From assembly GCA_020184695.1 (NCBI GenBank), contig JAANOX010000273.1, forward strand, positions 186,001-250,000: a stretch of DNA of 64,000 nucleotides. The letters run 5' to 3'. The position numbers and the translations under genes were made by a program. Each line of letters opens with the position of its first letter. Position 1 is the stretch's first letter. Positions 49,939-61,496 of the stretch are shown in pieces. Under the pieces are notes generated by a model. The model did not search any database and was not told where the DNA came from. It saw only the letters and a list, made by a program, of their open reading frames with translations. The DNA comes from Histomonas meleagridis 2922-C6/04-290x (taxonomy: Eukaryota > Protista > Parabasalia).

Positions 49939-50705
49939 TGAAGCAGCGCAACAAATGATAAATCATTTAAAAAGGTAAAAATATCTTCAGACCTAATAAA
50001 ATTATTTCAATTCTGTGATTAAAAATTGATTTCGAAATAATTTATGAAAAAATAATTTGAATTTATTTGTCAAAAACTTGTTAAACATTAAATGTTGAAT
50101 ATATCAATTTTTGCTTTGGTAATTTTCTTAAAGATTCTGAAATTTCAGAGTCTGGATGATTAATAGATTGCTTGTTATGATTAGCATAAATTCCAATATT
50201 CTTTCAAATATATTATGTGTCTTTATATAAAATAAAAATATTAACATATATTAGTAACAATTTTCAAGCTCAATTTTTAAATCTTTTGAATATTTCTTAT
50301 TTTTTGTTGTAGACAAAACTTTAAATATTGTTGAAATGGATAATTCTTTGATATTTCATAATCAATAACTATCATTCCTTGTTATATTATATAAAAAAGA
50401 CTTGGAAACTATATTTTAAAAAAATTAGAAAATCGATTTTCTAATAATATAATTTCCGATGATAATTATATAACTGCTTCTTCGAAATTATCATGAAATA
50501 TTTCTTTGATAAAATCTTTTATATATATTATTATATGTTGAATTTGTTCATTGTTTTTTTATCATATGCAAATGGGATTTTAGGCAATAAACTATTACGA
50601 TTACATCGATCAATTGAACATCGTTTAGTTCGTGAGACAAAATAATTCTTATGCATTGTATGTGTACATATACAAAATGATTTAGAAATATAGATAAATG
50701 CATCT

Positions 50706-51484
50706 TTATGATTTTTGTGATTGAACTATCAATGGTAAGAATGAATCATAATAAAATAATGGAGAATATAATGGTTGATCTGAATTTTCATGACAAACTA
50801 TACATTCATCTTCTTCTTGTTCAATTTCGTTATTATTTTTATCATTTTCATTGCCTTTATACATTATGATCTTCTCTTTAAATGATTTCATGATTTGTTC
50901 TTTAAGATGATTAGCTTTGTTTTCAATGTTTTCTTCCTTTTGTGGTGCATAATTAATTGGCATACGTGTTAATGTATAAATATAAAGTTGAAATTCTTCC
51001 ATTAATTCAAAGATTGATTTAGGCTTTAATTCTCATATGAAATTCTTTGATAAAAGAATTGATAAAATTCGAAATTTTGTAATTTTTCAGAAAGTTCTTC
51101 AATAGAATTTGCAACAATTATTTCATCACTTTGATATAGTTCATATGTTTCGATTAATAATGAAGTTTGTAATATTGAATTTAATATATAATTCATATGT
51201 ATTGTATGATATTTTAATTTTTTATATATAAATTCATTAATACAATAATATTCAATTAAGTATATCATCGAACAAAATAAAAAACTTTTCAAATCTAAAT
51301 TATAAAATTCTTTTGTAAATTTGAGAAATGGTATTAATACATTTGGCTTCTTCGAATATTTATTAGAAATAGCTTCGTTTAACTTATTACAATCTTTCCA
51401 TGGCATTATTACATGCCATTCAGAATCATCTGATAAACAAAATGATACACTATTCGCATTAGTAACATGTGTAGAATAATTCAT
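50706..51484 (-). pseudogene. Possible UBR-type E3 ligase fragment
   Basis: Coiled acidic stretch then EEDECIVCHENSDQPLYSP (start of a RING-like region); broken ORFs. Confidence 0.3.
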
Positions 51485-51721
51485 TAAATCATCAGCAAAG
51501 TTATTTTTATTAGATTTATGTGTATTATCGAATCTATAGTATTATCAATTTGATATCTCAAAAGTTATTAATTATGAAGTGATAGGAATTATCATAGTAA
51601 ATATATTTACATGCAAATATTTATATTTTAAAATTATATACAGTTTTGACATTCTGCCGCGGTGCCTCTTTTTTAATATTAAAACACAATTTCTATATCC
51701 TATTTAATTATTTTTTATTAA

Positions 51722-54700
51722 TTAATTTGCCAAAAACATATTCAAGTAATTCATTGCGTTTGTTCCCTCAAACTTCTGCGGTTCTTCTTCCACGATTGAC
51801 CTCAGACACATCACTGCCTCGTTGAACAACTTTATGTGTATTCTGAAACACTCTCTGCAGTTTACACCTTTTCGGAACATTCTATCCAACGCGTTAAAAG
51901 TTATTTCCTTTGCCTCTCTATGGTTTGCGTAAAACAACAAAATATTTTTCAATGCGCAATTTGTGTACATTAAATAATAAGGAAAAACTTGTGAACATAA
52001 ATCGAAAACTTCGAATTGATTTGTAAACATTGTTTCATTAAAGAATACTGGAGCATTATTTAATAATATTAAGAAACAAAGTAACAATTCGTAATAACAA
52101 AACATTTTGTTTTGTTCCTTAATAGTATTAAAGTGCAAAAATATCAAATTCTTCATTTCAGGGTCATTTAATATATAATTTGGATAAACTTTCGCAAAAG
52201 ATCTTATTAATGAATATATTGTACTTTGATTTTCATCGTCGTCAATTTGATTTTTTAATTTTTCCTTTAATAACATATATATGAAATTAACACGTTTTTC
52301 ATCCTCTAATTTCGATTTCGATATTAATTTCGTTATATGTGATATTAATAAGATTTCATCGTCAACAATATTACGATTATTTTTTACGAAATCAAAGAAT
52401 GTTAAGTTAAAAGGTTGTTGATGTTTAGCTAATATATAAGCTAAGTTATAAAAGACTTTATATTGTCTTTGATATAAATCTTTGTTATTCATTCCAATTA
52501 TAAGGTATTTTATTATATAATCATTTAATATTTTATCCACAAGTTCTTGTCGTTTATTTCGTTCTTCTTCAGGTAATGTAATATTATATTTATCATATTT
52601 ATTGCAACAAATCGTCGAAAATAATTTGGGCAAAATATTAAATAATTGCTCGGAACTTAATATTAAATTACACTGTCCAATTATATGAGTCTTAATGAAC
52701 GAAAATAAAAATTCAGAAGATAACTCCGAAATACATTTCATGGAACTATTTAAATAGAAAACCCATGATGGGAAACCAACAATTGTTAAATATTTCTCAA
52801 CATTATTTCTTATTTTGATCAGATATTGACTTTCTTCGATTTTCTCATATTTTAAGATATATGATATGAAACTGATTAAATTCGGCGACATATAATTCTC
52901 TTGAAAATGATAAAGTCTTTCATAATAATGACGTAACAATGGAAATGATTTATATTTTAATATACCTATGAATAATTCCAATGACTTAGAAATAAAACCT
53001 GTACAATGTTTACTTAATAAACACGTCATTAATAGATGAATTGATTCCGCAATAGTTTCATTAAATATATTTGGATATGAAATATATAACTTTAATATAA
53101 AAGATGAAAGATTTATCATAACACGTTTTGTAAATTCGTTATCATTTTGTTTACATATGTTATGAATTGCGTTTAAATATTGAAATAATTCAACAATTTT
53201 CTCTTCTTTATAATTATATGTTAATGAGAATGATGATGATAATATCTTTAAATAAAATGGTAAAACTTGATCTGGAATTTTATTTGCACTATTAAAGAAA
53301 AAGAGAAAATCATCATCTTCTTCATTTATCAAATCATAATATTTATAATCTTGTGTTATCCGAAGTATTTTATGTATGAAATTAAATGATAATTCAATGA
53401 ATTCTAAGTTTTGTGATTCAAGCGATTTAACAAATAATGTTTTAGCTAATGAGATAAAGTCATAATGAATTATATCTCTTAAACATAATTCAACTAATAT
53501 TTTATAGCATTCAATTTGACATTCTTTATTAACGAGAATTAAATTAACAGTAATTTCTAAAAATGTTGGAAACATTGGCTCATATCGGACCATAGATGAT
53601 TCAACTAGATGAAGTATGATTCGTAAACATATTAAATAATTGTTGGCATTGTTCGTGCTGATTAAACTAGTAATGAAGCCAAGGATTTTGTCCACAAAGA
53701 TTATATTAGTAAAAAGGGCATAACGTGAAGGATCATGATTGATCGGATCAGATTCTAAAATCATAAAAGTATGCGTTAAAATTGGTAAATGCTCTTCACT
53801 GATTTTTTCATTCAAAAGATAATGATATAATATCGAGGTAAGATCATAATAAGTCGAAGAAGATAACATTTGATATGCTATCGGCATGAAATTAGGGCGG
53901 ACATTAGAATTACAAAAACTTATAAATGCCCAAAACTTAGTAGAAAAATTGATATCGAAGTTTGATAAGTTTTGACATATCATAAAAGTAAACGAAAATA
54001 AATCTTCAAATTTGGAAAGAGCTTCTTTCTCAAGTTTCTTGGTCCAACCACATAAAGAATTAATTCCTTTCAAGATTATATTGGGTGGTTTGTTCGTAAA
54101 AGATTCTTGAATAACATTATGAACATATGGCAAAAGAAATCTTCCATATTTTGTTTTGGAAAGACCACAATCAAGAAGTTGGAGTTTAAGTTCTGTGTCA
54201 TAATTTCCTTTAATGATATGGAAATATAATGGAAATAATTCTTCCGAAAAATTGGGTGGATCAAATGGAATACGTGAAAGACAGAATGTAAAGATATTAG
54301 ATATTAGTGCATAGTCTTGAGATGTAGATCGAGATATGATTTGCATGCCAAAATTTTGAAGAAAAACATAAACATTGGATACATCTTCTTGATACTTATA
54401 TCTTAAACAATTTAGTATCAGAATTAAGCATAGTTTTTGTATATATATATCATTTTCTTGAAGATATAGATTTGCAAGTATTATGAGTGCATTAGGTTCT
54501 CCTTTGATAAAACTAATAAGGTATTGTTCCGCTTTTGGCATAATTTCATAGTGCCCTGATCTATATCCTTCAATTGCATTCTTTAATTCTTGCATTTTGG
54601 AACTGAGTTGAACACAAAAATAGTGATTTTTTGATTCAAAAATACAACTTTTTGAATGCATATAAAACCGCTGCCATATTTTGGAACGATATTCGGTTTT

Positions 54701-54739
54701 GAACATCTTACTTAAAAATTCCATTCGTAAATTTCTCAA
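51722..54739 (-). CDS. Large divergent HEAT/ARM-repeat protein (importin-beta-like)
   Basis: Intact ~1000-aa Leu/Ile-rich helical ORF with IBN_N-like AEQYLISF near the start; the true ATG may be the downstream MQELKNAI. Confidence 0.6.
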   Translation of the reverse strand: MRNLRMEFLSKMFKTEYRSKIWQRFYMHSKSCIFESKNHYFCVQLSSKMQELKNAIEGYRSGHYEIMPKAEQYLISFIKGEPNALIILANLYLQENDIYIQKLCLILILNCLRYKYQEDVSNVYVFLQNFGMQIISRSTSQDYALISNIFTFCLSRIPFDPPNFSEELFPLYFHIIKGNYDTELKLQLLDCGLSKTKYGRFLLPYVHNVIQESFTNKPPNIILKGINSLCGWTKKLEKEALSKFEDLFSFTFMICQNLSNFDINFSTKFWAFISFCNSNVRPNFMPIAYQMLSSSTYYDLTSILYHYLLNEKISEEHLPILTHTFMILESDPINHDPSRYALFTNIIFVDKILGFITSLISTNNANNYLICLRIILHLVESSMVRYEPMFPTFLEITVNLILVNKECQIECYKILVELCLRDIIHYDFISLAKTLFVKSLESQNLEFIELSFNFIHKILRITQDYKYYDLINEEDDDFLFFFNSANKIPDQVLPFYLKILSSSFSLTYNYKEEKIVELFQYLNAIHNICKQNDNEFTKRVMINLSSFILKLYISYPNIFNETIAESIHLLMTCLLSKHCTGFISKSLELFIGILKYKSFPLLRHYYERLYHFQENYMSPNLISFISYILKYEKIEESQYLIKIRNNVEKYLTIVGFPSWVFYLNSSMKCISELSSEFLFSFIKTHIIGQCNLILSSEQLFNILPKLFSTICCNKYDKYNITLPEEERNKRQELVDKILNDYIIKYLIIGMNNKDLYQRQYKVFYNLAYILAKHQQPFNLTFFDFVKNNRNIVDDEILLISHITKLISKSKLEDEKRVNFIYMLLKEKLKNQIDDDENQSTIYSLIRSFAKVYPNYILNDPEMKNLIFLHFNTIKEQNKMFCYYELLLCFLILLNNAPVFFNETMFTNQFEVFDLCSQVFPYYLMYTNCALKNILLFYANHREAKEITFNALDRMFRKGVNCRECFRIHIKLFNEAVMCLRSIVEEEPQKFEGTNAMNYLNMFLAN

Positions 54740-55004
54740 TTTTTTTGTTTATCGTCGTTTCCATTCTTAATCTCAAGCTTTATCAAAACAAGTTTGAATG
54801 AAAAAATTCTTTTATAATATCATATATCCTTATTTTAGTGTTAAAATACATTATGTCATTTCTATAAATTAATTATTGATCAAAATAAAAGAGAAAAAAC
54901 AAAAAACAGCAAACGGCATTTAAAAAAATACATTGAAACAATTGAATACAAATCGATCCAATTGCATTCAATTCCATAAAAATTAATCCATTTTTTTTTG
55001 TTTA

Positions 55005-55427
55005 TCATGTAAAGACCTGTGTGAGGCCAATACATATTATATTCATCCACAATTTCACCGATTGTTGAGTTATCGGTCTTTGATTTACAAATGGGGTAAC
55101 ATGAACATTATCTGGTTTATATTCCTTCTCGAATAAGTAAAGTTCTTCAATTTCAAATATCCGTTTGACTTCATTTTCAGTAACTGTGTAACCCTTTCGT
55201 ATAAGAACATCAGTCATCCTTTGATAACCAACCCGGAATTTTCTGGTATAATCAGAAATCGTGTCAATCATTTTCAGATCAACATATTTTGATTTCCTTC
55301 CTTTCTTAAGTTTTGGATATTTAATTCCAAATTTTTGAAAAACTTTTGGAATGGTAGAATTAGAGCATTTGAATCTTGCACAAATGTCTTTACGGGATAC
55401 TAAACCTACCTCCAATATAGCTTTCAA
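55005..55427 (-). pseudogene. N-terminal fragment of a second IS481EU-type transposase
   Basis: KKGRKSK...FRVGYQRM...TENEVKRIFE aligns with SRGRPSK...YHVGYQRT...TEWSVRKIFT of the 15262 ORF. Confidence 0.75.
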
Positions 55428-55663
55428 TTTGATAATAATATTTTTGGAAAAAGTTCAAGTCTATTATCAAAGTCATCTAGTACATCTTTATGTACATTGA
55501 TGTCTATTTCATTTTTCATTAACAATAATGAATTCTGTAGACATTCAAAAAGCTGCTCTTCTTGAATTTCATTTTCATCTATTTTTGCCTCTTTACAAAA
55601 CAAGAAAAATGTATGATTAAAATTGAAGTTTTCCAAATAACTTGCAATTATTTTATTTACCAT
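55424..55663 (-). CDS. Small LisH-motif protein
   Basis: VNKIIASYLENFNFNHTFFLFCKEA fits the LisH consensus. Confidence 0.55.
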   Translation of the reverse strand: MVNKIIASYLENFNFNHTFFLFCKEAKIDENEIQEEQLFECLQNSLLLMKNEIDINVHKDVLDDFDNRLELFPKILLSN

Positions 55664-56229
55664 ATTAATAGAAAATAGTCACAAAACATCCAATTTTTCT
55701 CTCGAATTCTTTATTACTTTTGATACTGCGTTTATTTCATTTAAAAAGATGTCTTATAATCAAAATAAATTACAAATAATTTATAATATAGCCATCAAAA
55801 TTATTATTTGAATTATTTCTTGTATTTTGGGAACCGCCTTGAGGAGGAATTGCTGTTGCATTTGTTGAATAAGCATCAAATATTATTAATCGATATTTTT
55901 GCTTCCTTTTTTCATCATTCGAAATATTTTGACATTTTTACTATTGCAATTGAATACGATCGTTTTAGGAACGTGAAGTACCTTTTCCTCTTACAATACA
56001 ATATCAACTGATAGAGATATTGAAAATTCCAAGATAAAAATTTCGCATGCAATATGTGAACACATATTAACATTATGCGCCGCATAATGGAAATCTCATT
56101 GTTGTAAACTTAATAAATAGCCAGAATGTAAAATATTGTCATTCAAACTTTTTGAGGCAACGACTCAAAAAGTTTAATAACAAGTTTTAAAAGAGTTTGT
56201 TTGGTTGACCACGGGGTATAAATAACACA

Positions 56230-56808
56230 ATGCATTGGGGGTCAAATCCAAATTCGGAATCACCAATTTCCACTCAATTAATGTGCACTATGGCAAATAA
56301 TATTGATGCTAATAATCAAGAACAATTTGAACTCATTTCCATGTGTAGTATTTGCTTTTATGGATTTCTTAGTATCTCAGAGTGCACCGCATTAAATAGA
56401 AATGATCTGGTTGTCACCAATGAATTGATTACAATTATAATTCGGTCTAGTAAAACAGACCAAGATGGATCGGGTGTACCGGTATACATAACAAAAACTG
56501 AAACTCCTTATTCCCCTTTCACGTGGATTCCTTTACATCTCAGCAAACACCACTTTGGCACAAAATTTTTTTCAATGAGCAATCAATCATATAGAGCACA
56601 TTTACATAAATTTCTCATGGTTTTAGGCATTTAATGTCAAAACATTAGTTCACACTCATTTCGAAAGGGGGGAGCACATGCAGCTTCTCTTCAAGGAATC
56701 CAGGATTCAGTCATCAAAGCGCATGAAAGACGGTTCTCCATGTGTTTTACTAGATATATTGCAGTAGAAATGGCTCAAGCTGGAAGCTGCATGACTTTCA
56801 AAATTTAA
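56230..56808 (+). pseudogene. Tyrosine recombinase (Cre/DIRS/Crypton-like) catalytic domain relic
   Basis: FYGFLSISE (Arg to Ser), RSSKTDQDGSG, ISSHSFRKGGA and FTRYI; one in-frame TAA at 56632. Confidence 0.85.
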
Positions 56809-57215
56809 ATATAAAAACAAAATTTAAAACCGTATTTTATTATATAAAAAACTATATAATATAATATATTATATTCTGAGGGTTTATTAAGTTCACAACA
56901 ATGAGATTTAATATATATTAATATTATACTTTGTATAGATAATCAATAAATTTATATAATTTATTATATTTATGATGAATTGGATTTAATCTATGTGTAC
57001 GAAATAAATATATTTCAAAATGGATCTTCTAATTTTAACTTTTAATAAATTTTGATTGTATTATTATATTGTAAACAACTGGAAGCCGCTCCGATAGATG
57101 AAATTGAATGAATATTTTATATAAGAAATTACGGTTGGGGTGTCAACCGTCTGTTTTGTTCTTATATATCAAGATAATAATAATATAGAAGCATGCTGCC
57201 ACTTCATCATATTTT

Positions 57216-57508
57216 ATGAAAGCTCTTTATACGTGGTTTGCTCAAGAAGAATTTGAAGATTGTGATTTTATCGCTATAAATATTAAACCTTTTTTTTCTA
57301 TCGTGAAAGGGAAAAATGTAATTACTTTGACTATAACTGTATATAATTAATATCATTATTTACTTAAAAAACAAATTCATAAATTTATTAATGAAAAATA
57401 TCATTATACTATTAAAAATCCTTTACAATATATAACACTCGAATGATTAAATCAAGCTTATCAAATATTCAAAATGGAATTATTCAATCAAATATTTAAT
57501 AATGATTT
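57216..57508 (+). pseudogene. Decayed copy of the 105-aa Polinton-like ORF at 11651
   Basis: Nucleotide co-linearity, e.g. gattgtgatttt...aatattaaacct...aaaaatcctttacaa...aagcttatcaaatat...aatcaaatatttaat. Confidence 0.9.
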
Positions 57509-57939
57509 GATAGGATCTTTTGTACAACCGTGCCATTTTCGATAGGCTATTGAAAAAGTGGATATTGTGAAGAATTTTAAGTCAATTAAAAAATGATTTT
57601 TCAATAACTTTGAATCTGAGATGAGAATTTCATACAAAAAGTTGTATTAAGGAAAACATGCCGAAAAACAAGCCAGGAAAATATACAGACGGTTATAGCC
57701 CAACATTTGATCATTTTTGAGATACAAAAGAAAGCACAGGCTCAGACACTATAAATAATAGTTAATGGTTCAATAAACTCATATATTAAGCTTTTAAATA
57801 CAGCATCACCTAACGCAATCAAATAATGAACAAATTTTAATCGGATGGCCCCTTCAACTAACACCAGAATAACACGAAGATGTAAAGAAATATATTCAGC
57901 AAGGTGTAGAAGAACATAATCCATAAAATTATCTAGCAA

Positions 57940-58800
57940 TAGAGAATTTTATATACGATATATATGGTAAATCACTTGAACTTGATTTAATTCGGCATTA
58001 TATAAATAACAATCCTGATTTCAGAGTTGTACAGGGTTCACCACTTGAAAGTTTACATTCATTTTTTCAGAAATAGAAATTGATAATTATTTTAATGATC
58101 TCAACGAGTTATTTAGTTGCAATATACAATCAAAGTTTGTGTTTAATATCGATGAAGTTAAATTTAATGAATATTATGATACAAAATCAATGAAATTTAT
58201 TGTTCCACAAAATTACGTCGGTAACTCAATCTACTTCGAAGCTGATCGAAACTCATCACATTCAACAATGCTTGCAGGTATTGCATCAGATGGATCTTCT
58301 TTAATCCCATAAATTATTTTGGAAAGAGATACTTTTGAACTCGAACTTTACAATTTTGGATATAAATCAAATAAATTGATGTTAGCACATTCTGATAGTG
58401 GCTACATTAACGAACGCTATTATAACAAGGGGCAAAAGATGTATTTTCTGAGGAAGTTCAGATGAAATAGGGTATATGCAACTATCCTCATCCAGCAGTT
58501 TTAATATTTGATAATCTTCATGCACATACATCTGATGATTTTGTCGCAGAATGCCAAGAAGAACAAAACATTATCATTAAACCCATTCCGCCTCACATCA
58601 GCAATCAAATACAACCATTAGATCTGGGTATCTTTGGAAATTTAAAACATTATGTTCGATCATTTTCACCACCAAGAGAACTGAATAAGCAAACGCAGAA
58701 GATCATGCAAATATACGATGCATATAGGACAGCGACATGTCCAAAGAATGTTGTAGGTGCATATAGAGTTGCAGATATTATATCGCATTATAAAATATTA
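57940..58800 (+). pseudogene. Pogo/Fot1-like (DDE_1) transposase relic
   Basis: FNIDEV, HSTMLAGIASDG, AVLIFDNLHAH, IPPHISNQIQPLDLGIFGNLK. Confidence 0.85.
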
Positions 58801-59497
58801 ATATTATTTCATAAAAAAAATTGGTGTACCAGGGGTTTTTTCTGGGATTATACATTTAGTAGAAATAATTTATTGACTTTTAAGTGTATTGTTATAGCGT
58901 ATGAAATTAGCATTGAGAGAGTTCCAGCAGCAACCAGATAACAAAAAAATCTTTGGCTTTCGTCAAATCGTTTCAGCGAATAATAGAATCTAGCTTTTTG
59001 AGTAGTTTAAATTTACTGATCGGTATTTTATGTTTCCCAATATATCATTTTATCTTAAGCTAGCATTAAACCGTAATTGGGCTTTCAAATAATTTTGAAA
59101 AAAAAATATTTTTTTTTCATTAAATATTTAACGTTAACTAACTGAAGAATTTCAGGAATTCTTAACCAATTGTCAAGATCTAATACAAATTTATATCGGA
59201 AGATTAATTTATAATTTCGATTTTAAATATGTAAGACGTGGACACAATTTTGATACTAGTGAAATTGAACTATCATATCATTGTATAATGGGAAAAGAGT
59301 ACGGGGTATCTGTCATCCTAGACCATTATTACAGGTATGAGGACGACCGCGATGTTCTGTCTATTTGAATTTTATTTACAATTTTATTCTTCACTAATCT
59401 ATAATTTTCATTAATTATCTTAATAAAATTATAAATAGTTAGTTTATTATATATTTCTTTTGACAAAAATGTGAAATTTTCGGTTAAATAATCAACG

Positions 59498-59818
59498 AAT
59501 AATAGTTGTATTTATTTGTTCAATATATCCTTCACCTTCATTCGTACTAAATGTAGATGCAATAAAATATGATGAAGCACTTATATTACTAAAAGTATTA
59601 TCACTTTGTTTTTTCTGTGTCACTGAATCAAAACATAATCTTCCATATTTTGTATTATCAGTAGGGTTATTTGTATAAATTCTCCATAATAATTAATGTG
59701 TATATCCTGATTCTTCTATTATACTCTGAAAAGTGTGATAACAAGTTATCTTCGTTACATTTATTCTATTACAATCCAACACAGCTTTTTCTTGAATAAA
59801 ACTGAAACCATATACTGA
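59498..59818 (-). pseudogene. Second remnant of the fibre-like gene
   Basis: FQSIIEESGYTH*LLWRIYTNNPTDNTKYGRLCFDSVTQKKQ...QINTTII matches FHSIIEESDNT*ELL*RIYGCTPTADKKYGRLYFESVTQKKQ...QINTTII at about 6575-6810. Confidence 0.88.
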
Positions 59819-59820
59819 TA

Positions 59821-60264
59821 TACAGGGGGAACGGGGGAGAAAGCATAAAGTTATGAGCCCCCAACCTCAACTTAATTATATAATCCTGTAGGAATATCTG
59901 TTCACCGTACCTTTCTAAATAATGAAATTATATATATATAACATATATTTTTTAAAAGATTAGGAGATGTATAAAATTTTTGTTCATTATGACATTTGAG
60001 TATATTTGCTATATAATGAGATTTTTTTGTTTAAATATGTCAATAGTCAAAAAAACGGTAAAATGTCACATTTCATGAATCTTTTCGAAAAGTGGGAACA
60101 GCGAATTATCATCAAATATTGCTTTCTTTTAGGACAATACAATAAAAAGATATATGAAAATTTATTTTCGGTATGTGGCAAAGAAGCCTATTCAAAATTC
60201 CAGAGCAAAAGATGGCTTTAAAGGTTCAAAAATGATAATTTTTCATGTATGGATGAGGAACGTG
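59821..60264 (+). mobile_element. 5' remnant of a mariner, cut off by the downstream element
   Basis: tacaggggg...aaagttatgagccccc terminus; EKWEQRIIIKYCFLLG...RWL*RFKNDNFSCMDEER stops just before the usual SGRP motif. Confidence 0.75.
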
Positions 60265-60367
60265 ACACACACACACAGCGCTATGTGAGCTTCGTGCTAC
60301 GCACTCGCTCCCACTCGCGCTACATAAACTAAAGGATGAACGGCTAAAATCGATTGAATTATCATGT

Positions 60368-60762
60368 TTTGTTGTTAATCCTATGTAGATTTTAGTGTTT
60401 GGAGCTTAAAGTTGTTATTAACTGAGGTTTTGAATGTAAAAAGTACCTTTTAATTTTCAAAGATGTTTTTTTAACCCTTTTTCTAACCCTTTTTTTAACC
60501 CTTTACGAAACGGAGAAAATGAGCATTTATTGAAGGATTTAACGCAAAAGTTGACGGTTGATATATCGGTAAGAATTTGTTGTTAATCCTATGTGGATTT
60601 TAGTGTTTGGAGCTTAAAGTTGTTATTAACTGAGGTTTTGAATGTAAAAAGTACCTTTTAATTTTCAAAGATGTTTTTTTAACCCTTTTTTTAACCCTTT
60701 TTTTAACCCTTTACGAAACGGAGAAAATGAGCATTTTTTGAAGGATTTAACGCAAAAGTTGA
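60368..60762 (+). repeat. Near-perfect tandem duplication, 208-bp period
   Basis: tttgttgttaatcctatgt...aacgcaaaagttga at 60368 and 60576; each unit has three ttttaaccc-like repeats. Confidence 0.92.
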
Positions 60763-60789
60763 ATGACAAAAAAATAAATTATTTTTAAA

Positions 60790-61348
60790 CGAAACCGTAA
60801 AGTTTTTTGAATTTTGAATAATAAAGTGCAAAAACATGAATTATTAGTATATCTGCAATAAACATGAGCAGAACCGCGCTTATCATAACAGATTGTTAAT
60901 TTTTCTGAATTTAATACCGTTCCAAAAAGTAAAACGCAGCTGTTTTATCATCATAATAATAATCTTCTAATTGATGATTGCCATACTTATTAACTTCAAT
61001 TGAATCCTCGTTGATTTCGTCGAAGAATTCAAAGTCTTTTCCTTTACCTGAACTTTTATTTTTTAGATTTTCTGACTGATAAACCCAACGGAGATTTGAA
61101 ACGTGATTGTTGGAACGGTTGTGATCTATGTGATCGATAAATGGCTTGTTTTCTGGATTTGGAATAAATTGTAACGCAATGATACGATGTTTAAGATATA
61201 ATTTTCTGTTTAATTTACATGCAATATAACCGGTAGTTTTAATTGAAAATTCTTTAATGACTTTTTTATCATGTTTTCTTCTGATGGCATAAGGGTATTC
61301 TGTGTTAATCTCATAATTTCGGTTTAGAACACAAGTTTTCCAACTCAT
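60790..61348 (-). pseudogene. HNH endonuclease (NUMOD4-like + HNH_3), 3' frameshifts
   Basis: KHRIIALQFIPNPENKPFIDHIDHNRSNNHVSNLRWV; shifted frames continue FYFWNGIKFRK... Confidence 0.88.
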
Positions 61349-61496
61349 TATTTTATTAAAAATAAAAAAATAAATTTTTTTGAAATTAGCTTTAATTTTT
61401 GATTTTGTAAAATCATCCGAAAAACGCTTATTTTATCCGATTCGTTAAGGGTTAAAAAAAGGGTTCATTTTTTTATTTTTTTAACCCTCAAAAATT

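Noticed and set aside
60470-60505. ttttaaccc repeats as an interstitial telomere
   Set aside because: Only three degenerate units per copy, embedded in a duplicated element segment
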